A stretch of 64,000 nt of DNA from Monocercomonoides exilis PA203 (Eukaryota > Protista > Preaxostyla): contig LSRY02000001.1 in the NCBI GenBank assembly GCA_001643675.2, positions 682,001 to 746,000 on the forward strand, read 5' to 3'. Positions 11,401-26,500 of this stretch are shown here, in pieces (position 1 is the stretch's first letter; each line of letters starts with the position of its first letter). The position numbers and the translations under genes are program-made. The notes under the pieces were generated by a model that did not search any database, was not told the DNA's origin, and saw nothing but the letters and a program-made list of their open reading frames with translations.

Positions 11401-14053
11401 CACCCTCCCCTTCTCTTCCTCTTATTCCTTCTCTGCCAACTCCTCCACCGAGTCTGCCCCACTCCCGAAGTCCCACATCCGCATCCACTCTTCTTCTCCT
11501 CTGTCTTCTTCTCCTTCTCCCTCTCGTTCTGATTCAGACTCTGCCACTCCAACAATCGACTCACCAGCCGTCTCACCTCCTCCAGCGGCTGCTTTGGCTG
11601 GTGCATCTTCTTCGGTTTCGCAGTTGTCTGCGCTGTCTGCTGGAGAAGGTGATGTTGTTTCTTCGTTTGCTAATCCGTTTCAGAATCAGGAAGTTCAAAG
11701 CAGTTTGAGTGGGAGAGAAGAAGGAGCAGTGGAAGATGGAGAACAGTTGAACAGTCAAAAAGGAGAGAAAGATGAGAAAGATGAGAAAGAGGAAACAACA
11801 GAGTATGAAGAGTATGAGTCGGAATATGATGAAGAGGAGGAGGAAGGAGAAGAAGAGGAGGAAGGAGAAGAGGAAGAGGAAGAAGAAGGGGAAGAAGGAG
11901 GGCAAACAGGAGGAAGGATAAGAGAGAGAAGAAGAGGAACAGAGAATGAGGATGAACATATTCGGAAGATGATGAAGATGGCGATTCAGGGCGAGGAGAT
12001 GATCTATGACAGAGGGTTATCCTTATTGCATGATTCAATGAGACAGCAGCTGGATGAACCAGATTTCAAAGAGAAGGAGAAGGAGAAGGAGAAGGAGAAG
12101 GAGAAGGAGAAGGAGAAAGAGAAAGAGAAAGACACAGAAAGTGTTAACGTTAATAATGAAAAGAACGACAATACCAAAACCGATGATGTTCAGTCACATC
12201 CGTTGAAAAATGCTGTTGAAGAGAACGCGCAGAACAGAAACAAGGAGAACAATAAAGATGCGAAAGAAGCCGAAGATAAGAATGAGAACGAAGAAGATGA
12301 AGGAGAAGGGGAAGGCGAAGAAGGCGAAGAAGAATGGGAAGAGTATTCAGAGGAATACAACGAGAGTGAGGAAGAAGGAGAAGGAGAAGGAGAAGGAGAA
12401 GGAGAAGGAGAAGGAGAAGGAGAAGGAGAAGGAGAAGGAGAAGGAGAAGGAGAAGGAGAAGGAAATATTAAGAAAGGCAAAGAAATAATACAATGTAACA
12501 AGATTGAAGAGCGAGAGGAAAAGAAGAAGATTGTGTATGAACAGAAAGTTAAACATGAATTTGATGGAAAAGACGATGAAGAAGATGAAAATAGTAAAGA
12601 AATAACTGAACAGAAAGAAGAAGAAACGAAAGAGAAAGAAAAAGAAGAGAAAATAAAGGAAGATGAAAACACTGAAAATGAAGTTCAACAAAAAGAAGAA
12701 AAGAAAATAGACACAACAGAAGAAAGACCAGTAATATTTGAAGAAAACATAAAAGAGAATGAAAGCAATCAAAAAGAATTGGACAATAAAGCAGAATCAC
12801 TGACAGATGATAAGATTGAAAGTTATAAAGAAGAAGAAAAAACAGAGAAAGGGAAAACTACGAATGGAAATGAGGAAAGCTCCAATGCATCCAAAGAAAA
12901 GAATGAATGCAACATACAAGAAACGAATACAATAAGTGATGAACAGAAGAAATCTGAGACTCAAAACGAGTTGAACAAGAATGGAATTATTGAAACAGAA
13001 GCAGAAGCAAAAACAGAAGCAAAAGCAGAAAAGAAGGAAACTTTCTCACTTGACACAGCAAAAGAACTTTCACCAGACGCAAAAGGAGAAGCATGTGAAA
13101 CAAGTGAAGAAGATCATTCTATCTTTAGAGTACCAGATGAACTGAAGCAAACAACAAAAGAGGAAGAATTAAACGGAATGGAGAATGAAGCAAAAGATGA
13201 AAGCAAAAAAGAGATTTTGAAAGAAAATGTTTCAGATACAAAAGAAGAGGAAAAAACAACTGAAGGAAAACCGAGTTTATGCTCACAAACAGTTGGAGAG
13301 TTAGCTTCTTCTGATGAAAGCACAAAACAAATACCAAAAGATAAAGAACAAGCCGAAGAACAAAATATCAAAGAAACATCAGTTTCAGAAGAATTATCCA
13401 ACTCCCAGTCGATTTATCGCTCCATCTACAACATGTCTGAGGCATCATCACATTCGCCTCAATCACAAACAGAACACATTCCAAATTCTCTTTCACAGTC
13501 AGATTTGACTTTGGCGAAACGAAATCTTTCCTCAAACGATTCATTGGCTTCTCCAATATCATCATCATCTTCTTCTTCAACTTCTTCATCTTCATCTTAT
13601 TCATCAGCCAAATTAGCGGATCAGATTTCGGCTCCTTCATTTTCGAGTGAAGATGCTCGTGCTTCTTCTCCATCACCGTCGCTTTCTCCTTCTCCCTCGC
13701 CTTCATTCTCTTCTTCGCCTGAGTCATCCCCACAGCCATCTCCATTCAACACTTTTATTTCTGCTCAGCCACTTCACCCCATTTCATTGAACGATTTATC
13801 ATCGTCTGCACAGATACAAAACGATTCTTCATCTTTCGCTTCATCATCATCCTCCTCCTCTTTTCCTTCTTCTTCATCGACTTTTTCTTCCTCAACTGAT
13901 GATGATACTCCTGTTGTATTGGACAATACACCTCACTTGCCAAGGGTCTTTTGCCATTCCATTCAGATTCCGTTGTCCACACCTCTTTCATTTCTGCTGT
14001 CTGTTTTTTCTTCTCCAGATTATTTCTTATATTTGGTCATTGCTCCTGATTGA
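8414..14053 (+). CDS. ATG5: Autophagy protein 5 with very large low-complexity insertions (1,717 aa; exons 8414-8515, 8575-8702, 8815-9092, 9169-10050, 10290-14053)
   Basis: ATG5 motifs in order: SYLPL, WFSYDGKPVEW-QHPVGVLFD, FPWVINVHF..FP, SACKEA, PIRVF, TLHHYL and HSIQIPLSTPL...SSPDYFLYLV. Exons sum to 5,154 nt, in frame. The donor at 10051 is inferred from phase. Confidence 0.88.
12374..12463 (+). repeat. (GAAGGA)n coding microsatellite encoding poly(EG)
   Basis: Direct hexamer repeat inside the ATG5 insertion. A similar (GAGAAG)n poly(KE) run lies at about 12071-12130. Confidence 0.85.
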
Positions 14054-14541
14054 AAATCTTTTTTATCCCCAGTTTATGTTGAGGAGGGCTTTTCATTTTG
14101 ATTTGTATAGAGGTATCATATATTCACAATGTTTTATTCGTAAATTGCTGTAAACTTTTCTCTTATTACTCTTTTATTTTTAATTTATAAAGTTGTAATT
14201 ATTTCATATCGATGTTCAATTTATAATATTCGAGATACATTTTCTCCAGTTGCACATTCTAAATAGATAGTTCTATCTCTCTCTTTTTTTTTCCCTGAGA
14301 AAGCTTGAAATGACTAAAAGAAAGAAGCATCTGACAGAATGAATTGGAACTTATAAAATAAGCAATAAAAAATCTTAATCAAACTGTTTACAAAAACAAC
14401 ACTAAAATTTACTATTTGCCTATTTGAATACAAAAAAATTCTAATCATTCAAAAGACTACATACACAAAAATGCAAACACAATGATATGTTACAATAAAT
14501 CTTATAAAGAATCACAATTTTTCAATAATTGAAAAATACTT

Positions 14542-17500
14542 TCATTTAGTTCTTCGCTTGGATACTTTCGTTTTAATAAATTCAGTTCCATTTGGTACAA
14601 AAATAATCGAATTTGTAACAGAGTCCATATAAAACGTAAGCGAAGATTCAAAGAAACTTTTCTTTAGATAGCATTTAGCTTTAAAGGAATTAAGTTGTTT
14701 CAATTGCTGCTCATTGCTATTTTGTGTAGAATGAGTATGATCCAAGTGCATTTTGTGCTTTTGTACGAAAATGGGAATTATATTTGGCAGCTTCTTCGAT
14801 CTTTTCGGTTTAACAGACTGCTCTCTGGATGAAATCAGATCAAAATTTGGAGTAGAATCGTTATCTTTAACGAACGCAGAAAACAGTGCTTCTGGTGGAG
14901 AAATGGATCGCAAAGAGAATTCAACAGCTGTTGAATGACGAGTGGTTACATGATATTGCGAAAGAGTATTCGAGGAAGAATATGAATGAAGAGAAGGACT
15001 ACGCGGTCTGAGAGAATGTTGCAAAGAAACTTGCGATGCAGCTGTTTGAGGAGAAGATGGAAGAGAAGCATCTTCATTTGCTTGCTGCATCTGATGATTC
15101 TCCGCATTGGCTTTTGACTGCGCAACTGTCTTTTGATGCTGCTGCCGCTGAGGCCTTTTGTGGAGCTGTGGAGAATAAGAAGTAGGAGCTGGAGACCTGC
15201 AACGCCGTGTTCGATGGCCAGACGAGGAATCGATGAAAGTAGATTCGCATTTACACAGATTAGCCACATTTCCATTCATTGAATGCATTTTTCTGTGAAT
15301 GAAACCTGCGAGTTGTTTGGGATATGCAATTGCGATCTGCACTTGACCAATTTTGCAAATCAACAAAGGAGAAAATGCGTGCTTTGTTGATTCTTCTTGG
15401 ATATTAAACAGTTTCTTGCCAAACAGCTTTTGCATGTCCAATAGTCGATCTCTTCGGAGAATTATTTCATCTTTCCAATTGTCTTGACTCGTTCTGCTCA
15501 GCACTTCGTTTTCTAATCGTTCCAAAAGCGAATCTTCATCTTCTCTTTTCCATATCATTGTTTGTTGCTGTTGCTGTTGTTGCTGCCCACCATTCCGTTT
15601 CTTTTGACGATAACTTGATGGTTTTTGTAATACTGCCGAAGTAGATGATGGTGAAAGTGATGAAGAATTTGATAAGTTCATTGAAGAAAGTTTATTCGTG
15701 TTCGAAGGCAATATAAGACTCACATATGCTGTGGCAATGTCCAATAATGGAGTGTCGTTCCTTCCATTTCCTCTTTCTCCATTCCCCTTTCTGCCTCTTG
15801 TAACTTCTCTTTCCTTTTCAAACTGTTTTTCCTTTGCTGAATCATATGGAGAAAGACCAATCCACCAACCCCCTTTCTCTTCTGGTGCTGGAGTGCAATT
15901 ATCAACCCACCAGCTCAATTGATGATGGAAGAGCACCAGAAAAGATAATCTTGACGGTTCCAGAATAGAATTTAAACTTGCTTGACTATTCTTTGAAAGT
16001 GATTCAATGCACTCCACAGATAATGAAGATAACGATTTATTTGATATTTCCTTTTCCATTTCATTTCTAATATTGCTTTGATTCCAAGTTGACAACATTC
16101 GAAGAAGATTCAAAGAAAGTGCTTCGCTTCTTGTTACGAAGCCTCGGCCATTGTGATTCAGTGGAACAATTGTAAATTTATTGGACTTCATTTTATCTGA
16201 TTTTTTTGGAGGATGAGTAGTAGATTGAGGTGTTAAACTCTCAGAGGCTTGATTAAATGGATCAGAGTTGATATTTTCATTGTTGAAAAACAGCTCTGTT
16301 GATTGCGAATGAATGACATTGTTAGCTTCAACTGATGAATCAGCAACACCAAATGCACCACGATTCAATTTTGAAGCTGCCATTCGCTGAACATGATTTC
16401 CTTTCAAGTCACTCAACGGGAATATTAGCGGCAATGGCGGTGATGGCGAACGAGGTGAACGAGCAGAATGATTCGATCCAGCAAGTGAAAAGGCAGACTT
16501 CATTTGTGCACCTGATTGGATCTGTAGACTTTGAGGGAAAGGAGAAAGAGAACTAACAGATTGATTCTTATTGTTATAATGCGAATTCTTACCGTACGCA
16601 TTTGAAGAATCGATACCAAACAAAACTGATGAAGACTGTGAGGGAGATAAAGTGGGAGACGTAAAAGTCATCGAAGGCAACGATCCAGATGATGGAGACA
16701 GAGAATAATTTGCAGCTTGATGCTGCGAAGGCGTCACTTGACTTGGCGATGCTTTTGAACGACTGTGTTTTCTAACTGTCAAATGTGTTGTTCTTCTCTT
16801 CTTCTTTTTCACTTTTATTTCTGTTCCTTTACCATTCTGTGCCGTTTGTGAATTTGAAGCGCTCTTGCTTTTTGCTTTGGATTGTGCCTGCAGTTCTTCA
16901 GAATCAGAAGTTGAGTCAAAGAAAGAAGATGAGTCTGGATCGCTTGTTTCTCCGTTCTCTGTTTTCTCTTTCTGAGACTCAGATTCCAAAGAAGCTGAAT
17001 GAATGCTTTGCTCACTTGTTGATGACACGAACAAAGTAGAACCAGTTTTATTTTGTTCAGAATGAGTTGAGGAAGCATTTGAATTTTGCTTTTGTTCTTC
17101 AGATTGAACGTGCTTTTGCTTTGGTGTCTCGGGCAGAGAAAATGCAGTCAGGGGTGTGGGAATGACAAAAGTGAATGGTGTGTTCATTTGAACGTGATCT
17201 GATTCCATCTTCTGAGGTGTCGTAACAGAAGGAATAGATGAACTTAATCCGAAAGGAGAACGCGTAGCTTTTGAAGCAATGGGAATATTTTGACAAGTCG
17301 GAGTGGTTTGTATTGGGATAAGAGGTGTGTTCTTTTCAGGGAATTGAATGGATGAAATAACCTCTGCTGACGGTGAAAATGGCATTGGAGAGAAAGCAGA
17401 TGGAGTCAGATCGTTTTCGTTCAACTGCGACAAAGCATTTTTCTGTTCGGATGTAACCCTCTTTGCAAGATTTGAACCCAACGAAAGAGATAAATTCGAG

Positions 17501-20500
17501 GTGTTTTTAGAGAGCAATGAACTAAGTTTGCTAAGATTTGCACTTGAAAGTTGAGGTGAAAAAGAAGATAACACTGTGGCTGAAGGTGAAGTAAGCTCAT
17601 CAACTTGGGAATTATCAATTTCAGCTGTTGGAGGCGGAGCAATCAGAGGAGGAGGGGTTATGCTTGCTCTGAACGAAGGAGATAATCTCAGTTTTATCTT
17701 GAGAGGAGGAGATCTTTCAGCTTTTGGAGTTGATTGGGTATTTAATTTAACTGGTGATTGTTTTTGAGAAGAACTATCATTTGCATCTTTATCTTTTGTA
17801 TCTTCTTGGATTTTTTGATTTTCAACAATCATGTCTTTCTTTTCATCGGTTGAAGATTTATCCGAAGATATATGTAAAGCTGGCTTGCTTTCTTTTAATT
17901 TGTTTGTTTCATCCTCATTAAACTTAGCTTGTGACTTCTCACTTTTTTCCTTATTAACACAGAACACTTCCTTCTTCACATTTCCAGCTTCACTTGCTTT
18001 CTCAATATCAAGTTCATGCTTTAAACGATCCAGAATTGGGCCAAAGATACTCTGATGCATGCGATTTAGATTCAAATCGAACAAAGAGAAGTGAGTGAAT
18101 GACGAATGAGCAGAAATAAGGAATGGCAAAAGCGATGAAATCCATCTCTTTCTCATGGCGCTCAGATGACTGTGCATTGGATGAGATTGAATTGAACTTG
18201 CCAGCTTTGAATGAGGAATCAGTGCAAATGAACTGTTGGATTGGTCTTTTCCTTCTGAGGATTTTTGAGTAAATATTTGCTGAGTGTCAGAACAAAGAGA
18301 AGAAGAATAAGAAATTGGCATTGGAGCAAAAGTTTGTTGATTTTTCAGAACATTTTCTTGCTCATCAATATTTTGCTTGGTTGACTTTGGAGAAGTAACT
18401 TGAGTACAAAAAGATATGTTTGTCACATTTTTCTTTGTGGTGCTTTTTGTATTTGCTTGCCTCCGTGTATGAATTGAATGTTTTTCCTGCTGATTGCTTT
18501 CTGGAATTATAGGTGAATAATTATCAGCAGCTTTTCGGGATTGGACGAAAGATGCTGATTTCTGCTGCATCAGATATGAAAACGATGAGGCTGACTGAGA
18601 AAGAAGAGAATTGATTGCAGGATCAGATTGTGATACTGTTAGGATGCGAAGCAATGGATGAAACACAGCTGAGAGAAATAGAACGTTGTTTCCTTGTTGA
18701 TTCATCCGATTCATGTTGTTTTCATCCTCAAGCTGATGATTAGCTGTTGAAGGAGACTTGGAATGTGGAGAAGGAGAATGAGAAGGTTGAGGGCTACTGC
18801 GTCCTCGCTTGCTGCTCAATCCTGGAGACCGTGCAGGAACAGGTGAAGTCGAATGAGAAGGGAAAGAAGATGCAGGAGAAGAAGGAAATAGTGCGTTATT
18901 TGATGGAAAAGATGGATAATTCTCATTCTGGAAGCACAAAGACGTAAGGATGGTTGAAGACTGATGGGGCATAGAAACAGAAACAGAAGTAGAAGCCGAT
19001 GAAGATGAGCAGTTATTCACATTCGATGACAGAATCTTTTTCGGCAGATAGGAATAAAGTGGAGAAGGCATACAATCCGCAAAAGATGAATAATTACAAC
19101 TGTTATTAACACTAACTGAATTGCTTGCATTATTTTGCAAAAATGTTGAAGAATGCTCAGCAGATGCATCATTTTCATTCAAATCCTGAGACTTCTCTTC
19201 AAATGAAGATAGAACCAGCGCATATGAATGGCTTGCATAAGACAAAGAAGGAGGCTTTTCATCACTGGATTGAAGAAGAGCATCAGCCCTTTTGAGAGCA
19301 TTCAGTGCAGCTGCACTGAATCTTGGCTGACGCAAAGGAGGAATCTTCAAAAGAGAAAAAGCAGCAGGTGAAGCTAATACAAGAGAGCGATAAGGGAAAT
19401 GAGAGGAACCGAAATCTGTCATCTTTTTGGTAAGAGAATGTTTTGCCCTTTTCTTTTTGGAAACACTCAAATGAAAATTAGATCCTAAATTATTTGAAGA
19501 ACTATTCGATTTATCAGTGAGAGATAGCTTTTTGGTAAAATCTTTTGGGATATTCATTTCAACTGAATATGGAAGCGAAGGAGGGAATCGATGAGTAAAT
19601 AAGACCGAAGATTGTGAATTAACTGTTCTCAGTTCACTAATTTTGCATTGCTCCTGGAACAACTGTAGCATTTTGAGTGATGCGTCATCGTTGGCAACAG
19701 AAATTAAGTCGTTCCAAACAGAAAGACAGTCTTTCTCCACGCCAACAAGCACAGAAGAAACAGATGAATCGTAGTTGAGGCTGATGTTGAGGATAAATTG
19801 CAGGTATTTTCTTTTCAGAAGTTCTTCTTTACTGTCGCAAAGTGAATGTTCTCCATTAGCACTGGATTGATATGAATACTTTTTAGATGAGACAAAATTA
19901 TCCTCATTTGAAAGAGGAGAGTCAAATTCAGAAATATTTGACAAAGGAGATGAAGAGTCAGCATGAATATCGAATAAACATTCCAATGACACTCCTTTGT
20001 TTTGGGAAGAATTGATAGCAAACGGAAATCCATCATCAAAAAGAGAGAGAAGAGAAGAAAAGAACCAAGTCACTCGATCTTTTTGCGTGGAGCAATTCGA
20101 TGTATATTGGCTATTGTTTCGAAGCAGTCTGCGTTTGGGTTTTCTCTTCTCATTTTTAAGTTCTTTCGAAAGTTTTTGCTGTTTTATTGGTTGAGTAGAA
20201 TGTTTCTTTTTCTTTCCAGAATCTAAGCCACTGACAACGAACTTATCATTTTCTTCTTCACTTAAATCATTTTGTAAGTCCTCGCTTTCATCATCCAACA
20301 AATATGCTGATGTTGCTGTTGATTCATCTGCGTCGCCCCACATCACACTTCGATGAGACACAATCAAAGGAATATCTTCTTCTGAGTCAAAATCGACGCT
20401 GTCTGTTCCACTCTCAAAATCTTCAAAGTTTTCCTTCAATTTCTTCAATTTTTCTTTCACTTTTAATATTTCAATTTTCCGCTTTCTTTTATTTTCCTTT

Positions 20501-23500
20501 TTCTTTTCCCGAAGTGAATCTTTTTTTGCTTCATCAGCAGCTCCGATTCCAGCGCTTTCAAAACGATGTTTAATGAAGGATATTGATGGAAGTGGCATTG
20601 CACCCAAAGTTTTTAATGCGTCTGGAAGAGAGAATTTTAATTTTGGTAGCAAATAATTCTCAAATCGAGAAGAACTTCCATTTGTAACAGATTGCTTTGA
20701 AAGAACTTTTCGAACTTTATGTGTCATTTCTTTTCCATCTTCTTCCATTACTTCGCTTCCATTTGATTCCAATGAAGATGCATCACTATCAGCATCTCCA
20801 TCATCAGGATAGTTTGAGTATTCATCGTCTCTTCTTTCAAAGTAATTGCTTTGGAACGGCAAAGGCAATAAGTTCATTTGCTGAATTTCTTCGGTGATTT
20901 GTTCGTCAATTAAGTCTAATCCATCAATTCCTATGTAATTTTCTTGCTCATAAACTTCCTCATTCTCTGCAGGCATACGCTCAATAACAACATTTCCATC
21001 AACTTTTTCATCTTCTTTCACATTTTCTTCGCTTAAAGGAGAACGATATTTTCTCATTCCTTTCTTCTTCTTCTTCTTCTTCTTTTTAGAATTTGTTTTT
21101 GGTGGTTCGATTTGTTCTTCCTCACCAATCATTGCATTGCCATCAACAACCTTTTTATCTTCAACCAAATCTGATTTCTCGTTTTTGCTCTCATTTTCTT
21201 TCAAGTCTTCTGTGACTGTTTCTTTATTCACTGTGTCATTTCCATCTTCCTCCATCTCATCGTTTTTCTTTGTTTCAGGCTCTCTCACAACTGAAGGCGT
21301 ATTAGTCACCTGAAGCATGCTATCGATTTCTGTGTATGTTTCATTCAGTTTCGGTCGAAGTAAATTCCTTCTTCTTCGCAAAGAAGACGGAGTCGGCTCA
21401 TCAATTCCACTCAGCCATTCATCGTCTTCCGCAGAAATAGGCGAAAACAGAGGCATCGATTGTCTTCCCGAGGGGAAATCAGGTGTTTGAAGCGAATTTG
21501 AACGAGTTGGCGTGGAAAATGAGAACGGATCTTCTTTCTTCTCTTCAACAGCTACATTTAATGCACACTTTGAATTGTCTTCTCCAACTGGTGTGTTGTT
21601 TGTTGGTGTTCCTTCATTGAATGGAGACTCAGAATTCTTCAATGGCTCTTCAGCTTCACTCATCTTTCGCATATTTTTCATGGCATTTCTCATTTTGATT
21701 TCTTCTTGTTTTCTCTTCTCATTCTGCTTCTCAATCTGTTTCTGTAATTTCTCCAAATGTTGCCTTTCCTTTCGTTTTTTCCTTCTTTCCAATCGTTTCG
21801 TCTTCCTCCAGCTGTTCGACCCTTCTCCTTTCATTTCCACGAATCGCAATGGCGGAGTGGCTGTGAATGGGCGGAAGCGGATGTCAGTAAGGACAGACAC
21901 GCACTGCTCAAGTCTGCTGATCAGCGTCAGAAGAGAAGACAGAAATGCAAATAGAGTTGGAGTAAGAAACAGAGGAACAGGTTGATACGACGGTGAAAGA
22001 GAAGGCGGCTGTGCAAGCTTTTCTTCTTTGGAATACGTCTTTCTTCCTGAATTGCCTTTGCCTTTGTGTCTCGTTTTTTCCAGCTGAGTTGCTTTGATGA
22101 AAGTCCAGTCAGCAAAGAAATATCTCAGAAACACCTCACAAACCATTCCAACTGTCTCAAACAACTTTCCAAAATTCTCATTCAACATGTTCGCAATTCC
22201 ATTGTGCAGCTTATTATTCAAAGAACACAACATTCCCTTTCCAACTGCAAACGCCAGTCGAAAAGCCAGCGGAAACAGAGAACTGCGTCCGAAGTCCTTA
22301 AACAGATAGAAGGAGCGATGAGGTGTCGGGAAGAAAGGAGAAATTGAAGTCGTCAGCCTCTCGATGCTGTTTGTTGCTTGGCGTGGGATGTCCAAATAAG
22401 CGCCAGGCAATGCAAAGGCGAGCGAAGGAAGGGCACCCGTCAAAAAGAGCGTGGTTGCACTTCGGAGGGAAGAAGAGGACTTTAAGCAGTTTCTTACTGA
22501 ACCAGGTGTGGCAAGTACGAGGGAAGAGGAAACTGGAGATGAGTTTGTGGAGTAAAAAGGGAAAGCTGCTGAAGAAGTGGAAGTTGAAGAAGAAGAAGAA
22601 GAAGCAGGAAAAGGAATGCCATTTGGAGTGACAGACGGAGAAGGAGAGCAAAACGGTGAGGGAGACGAAGAATTAGAGGGATAATAAGGAAACAGCGTCT
22701 CTGCAGCAGTCGGAGAACTTGGAGGAGTTGACTTATTGGCAGAAGAAGAGCGAACGACCAGCTTTTGGCACTCGTCAAACACAGCAAGCTGTCTTAGTGA
22801 GGAGTTTAGCAGCAACATGAATGGCGACAGAAGAGAAGGAGTGTGAGATGGCTTAATGATAAGTGACTTGACAATATTTGTATTGCTTTTTATACCACTT
22901 TCTTTGCGTTGAAGCTCTTTCTGTTCAGAAAACAGCTGTTCTTCGTATTTTTGCTGAAGTTTTCGATCCAGCACATTCTGTTTAGGATGTTTTGATGGAT
23001 ACAAAGGAGAGAAATATTTCGTAGGAGGAGATTTTGACAGTTGGAAAGCTTTGCTCTTCGTTTTGTGCTGATTCGAATGCTGTGCTTCATCAGCAGCTGA
23101 ATGCAGCGGTGAATGCTCAATCAATTGATCGCAGTTTCTCAGTGCATTCTCAACAGGCCCTACAACATCTGCCCACTTGTTCATTTCTTCTTCCACTTTG
23201 AGTGCTTCTTCGCGTCTGCAGTTCTCTCTCTCCTTTCTCCACTCTCTTTGAATCAGCATCGTCCATTCTTCATTCGTCTTGGCCCTTTCTTCTCTCAGCT
23301 GCACCTCGGCCACTTTCAGACGCTGCACCACACGCGGAATGGAGAACAGCGACTCGACACGCAACAGCCGCATGTACTCTTCAAAGAGGGAGGTGTGCGA
23401 ATGGATGGAAACAGAGCCACGGATGGCTGAGGAATAATGCGGGGTGTGTGAATGAAGAGGGTTGTAGACGTAAATTTGAGAGGAGTCAGAATCAGACGAG

Positions 23501-26500
23501 GAAGGAAGCTGAGTGAAGGTCAGAAGCGGCTGCAGGCCAAACAGCTGGCGCAGAGCTTTCCAGTGAAGAAAGCTCATTTTGCTGCGAAGGGTGAGAATGC
23601 ACAGCTGGAACAGGTTTTGGGCGACATACGAGAAGAAAGAGAGAAGATGTGAATAACGTTGGAAGCGAGAAGCGACTGATGTGGAAGGGAAAGAGGAGAT
23701 TGTGTTGGAGCGAGAAAGTTTTGGTTTCGTGGAAGAAGAAGAAGACGACGACGACGAGGAGGAGGAAGAAGAAGAAACTTTGAATGAAGTTGGAAGAGAA
23801 GAAGATGTTTTCAAAGGAACTGGATAATGGCTGGAATGAGCTTTGTGGCGATGCGTTTTCTGCTTATCGCGAGGATGTCTTGATTGCTTGAGCGAATCAG
23901 TTTTCTTATCTTTATCTTCCTCTGTTGTTTGTTGGTCTTCATTTAAAGCAGTTGATAGACTAGACTCATCCATCGGTAATATTTCGCTTTTGATTTGCTC
24001 TGGTGAAATCTGACTTAATTCTTCTCCCAAAATAGATTCAGTTTTAATGTCAATAAGTTCTTTATGTTTCTCTTCTTCTTCTTTTGATGATAATATTCCA
24101 TTTAGTGGTGAATCTTCGAGTTTTTCAGTTAGTTTGACTTCAAATGAACCTTCACTTTCTTTTCCTTTAGTTGAACTTTCATCTGAAGAAACAGAAGAAG
24201 CAGTAAATTCTGCTTCTTTTGCTTTGCCCAATCCATCCAATTGACCACTTTCTCCTTTGATTGAACTGTCTGTCGAATCAGCAGAAGAATCTTCTGTTTG
24301 TTCAGACTGAGAAGTAGACAGAGAAGAAGATGTGTCTGTTTTTAAATCATTAACAATAGAAGAATCCATGTTATCAATACTGTCTTCATTGGATGAGGCA
24401 GATGAAGAGATATCAGAAGAAGAAGGTGATGAAGAAGGTGAAGATGAAGAAGGAGATGACGATGATGATGATGTTGTTGAAGACGAAGTAAGTGGCGAAG
24501 AATCAGATTCAGAAGGAGAGGATAAAGTAGACAAGGCAGAAGAAGTTGATGATGAAGAAGAAGAAAAAGGCGAAGCCAATGAATTCATAGACAAGTTAAG
24601 AGAAGAGGTATTTTTGTATGAAGGATTTGAAGGAGAAGAGAAAGAAACCAAATTTAATGAAGAAGAAGAAGAAGAAGAAGAAAGCGCTGATGAAATAGCA
24701 GATGACACAGAAGAAGAATTAGAACTTGTACTTATTGGATAAAGAGAAGAATGTGAATAAGCAGAAGGAGCTAAAGAAGATAGAGGAGAAGAAGAAAGAG
24801 GGGAGGAAGAAAGAGGAGAGGATGAAGATGAATGAGTCGATGGCAGAAAAGGTGAATGACGTGACAATGGAGATGTGTTTGAGGGGGAAGAAGAAGCTGA
24901 AGAGGACAAAGAAGAAAGAGTCTGATGAGGAGAAGAAGAGAAAGAAGAAGAAGAAGAAAAAGACGTCGAATTAGAAGAAGTAGAAGGAGGAGAAGGAGAA
25001 GATGATGAAGCAATTGAAGGAGAAGGAATTGGAACAGGAGAAAAGAAAGGAAGAGAAGAAGGGAAAGGTTTTTGTTGTTGATGTGATATCAGAAATTGTG
25101 GAGTGGGCAAAGACGAAGAAATAATTGCATTTTTATTGTCTTTTTGAGCAGAAATCGGAGAAGAAGAAGAAATCGAATGGAAAGCAGAAGACGAAGAAGA
25201 GAATGAAATGGCTGTTGAATGAGGAGAGGAAGAGGAGGAAGAAGAGGAAACTGTTGTTGGCAGTGCTGGTGGAGACAGACAAATAGGAGCATTTTTGATT
25301 GGATGGGGAATGGCTGGCATTGAAGAAGAAGAAGAAGAAGAAGAAGTTAAAGAAGAAAGAGAAGAAGCAGAAGAAGAAGCGAACGATGGAAACGCGATTT
25401 GTGAAGGCAAACAAGGAACATTCATATAAGTTGATTGAGGTGACACTGCCTTTGGAGAAGTTGAAGGAAACATCTGCATAGCTCCATTGATTGCGCTCTG
25501 TTGATGGGGCAAAAGGGCACTTTGCTTGAAAAGAGGAGAAAGAGAAGAATTTTGCTGTTTGGAGGCGATGGGAGGGAAAGGCTGAAGAGATTCCTTGAGA
25601 GAGCTGTCGCGGAAGGAAGGAGCGATGGAAGATGGCTTGAGGAGAGAGGAAGAAGAGGAAGAGGAAGAGGAAGAAGATGCTGATGAAGGAGAAGGAAGTA
25701 TTGAAGTGACTAAAGGAGAAGAAGAGGAAGAAGCAGAAGTTGTCAATGGAGAAGATGAAGCAGCAAAGAAAGCAGGTGACGAAGAAACTGAAGCAGAAGA
25801 AGCAGAAGCAGAAGTCAATGTGGAATGACACAAAAGAGGAGAAGAAGAAACCGATCTGGCTGAAGATGGCATTTGTAAAGCAGATAACATTGGAGATTGA
25901 GGATGAATTGATTGAACATTTTGTATGTTTTGAAAGGGAGAGCTATGAGTGCTGTCAGAAAGAGAGGGCTTTTGAATGGCAGAAGGCGAATGAGAAGAAA
26001 GAGGCACGAAAGAAGGGGAAATCATTGCGAGAGAGAAAGAAGGGTGATATTGAGAAGTGTTTGGATGAGGATTTGGGAGTTGGTTGGATGAGAAGGGAAG
26101 AGAGGAAGAAGAAGAAGAAGGAGAGGAAGAAGAGGAAGATGAAGAAGGAGAGGAAGAAGTTAATGATAATGATGTCGATGAAGTGGAAGCAGAAGCAGAA
26201 TGAGCAGCAGCAGCAGAAGAAGAAGAAGAAGAAAGAGAAGAAGAAGACAAGGAATTTAGTGAAGTGTTTTGAGAAGTGGGAGAAAGAGAAACAGGAGGAG
26301 AATTGGCAGGCGAAGGAAAATGCGATGAATTGGGCATGAGTGAATGAGGTGCAGGAAATGTGATGGATGAAATGGAAGAAATGGAAGAAATGGAAGGAGA
26401 AAAAGAAGGAGAAGATGAAGGAGAGGAAGAAGATGAAGAAGAAATCGAAGAAGAAGAAGAAGAAGAAGATGATGATGATGATGAAGAATTGTTCAAATAT

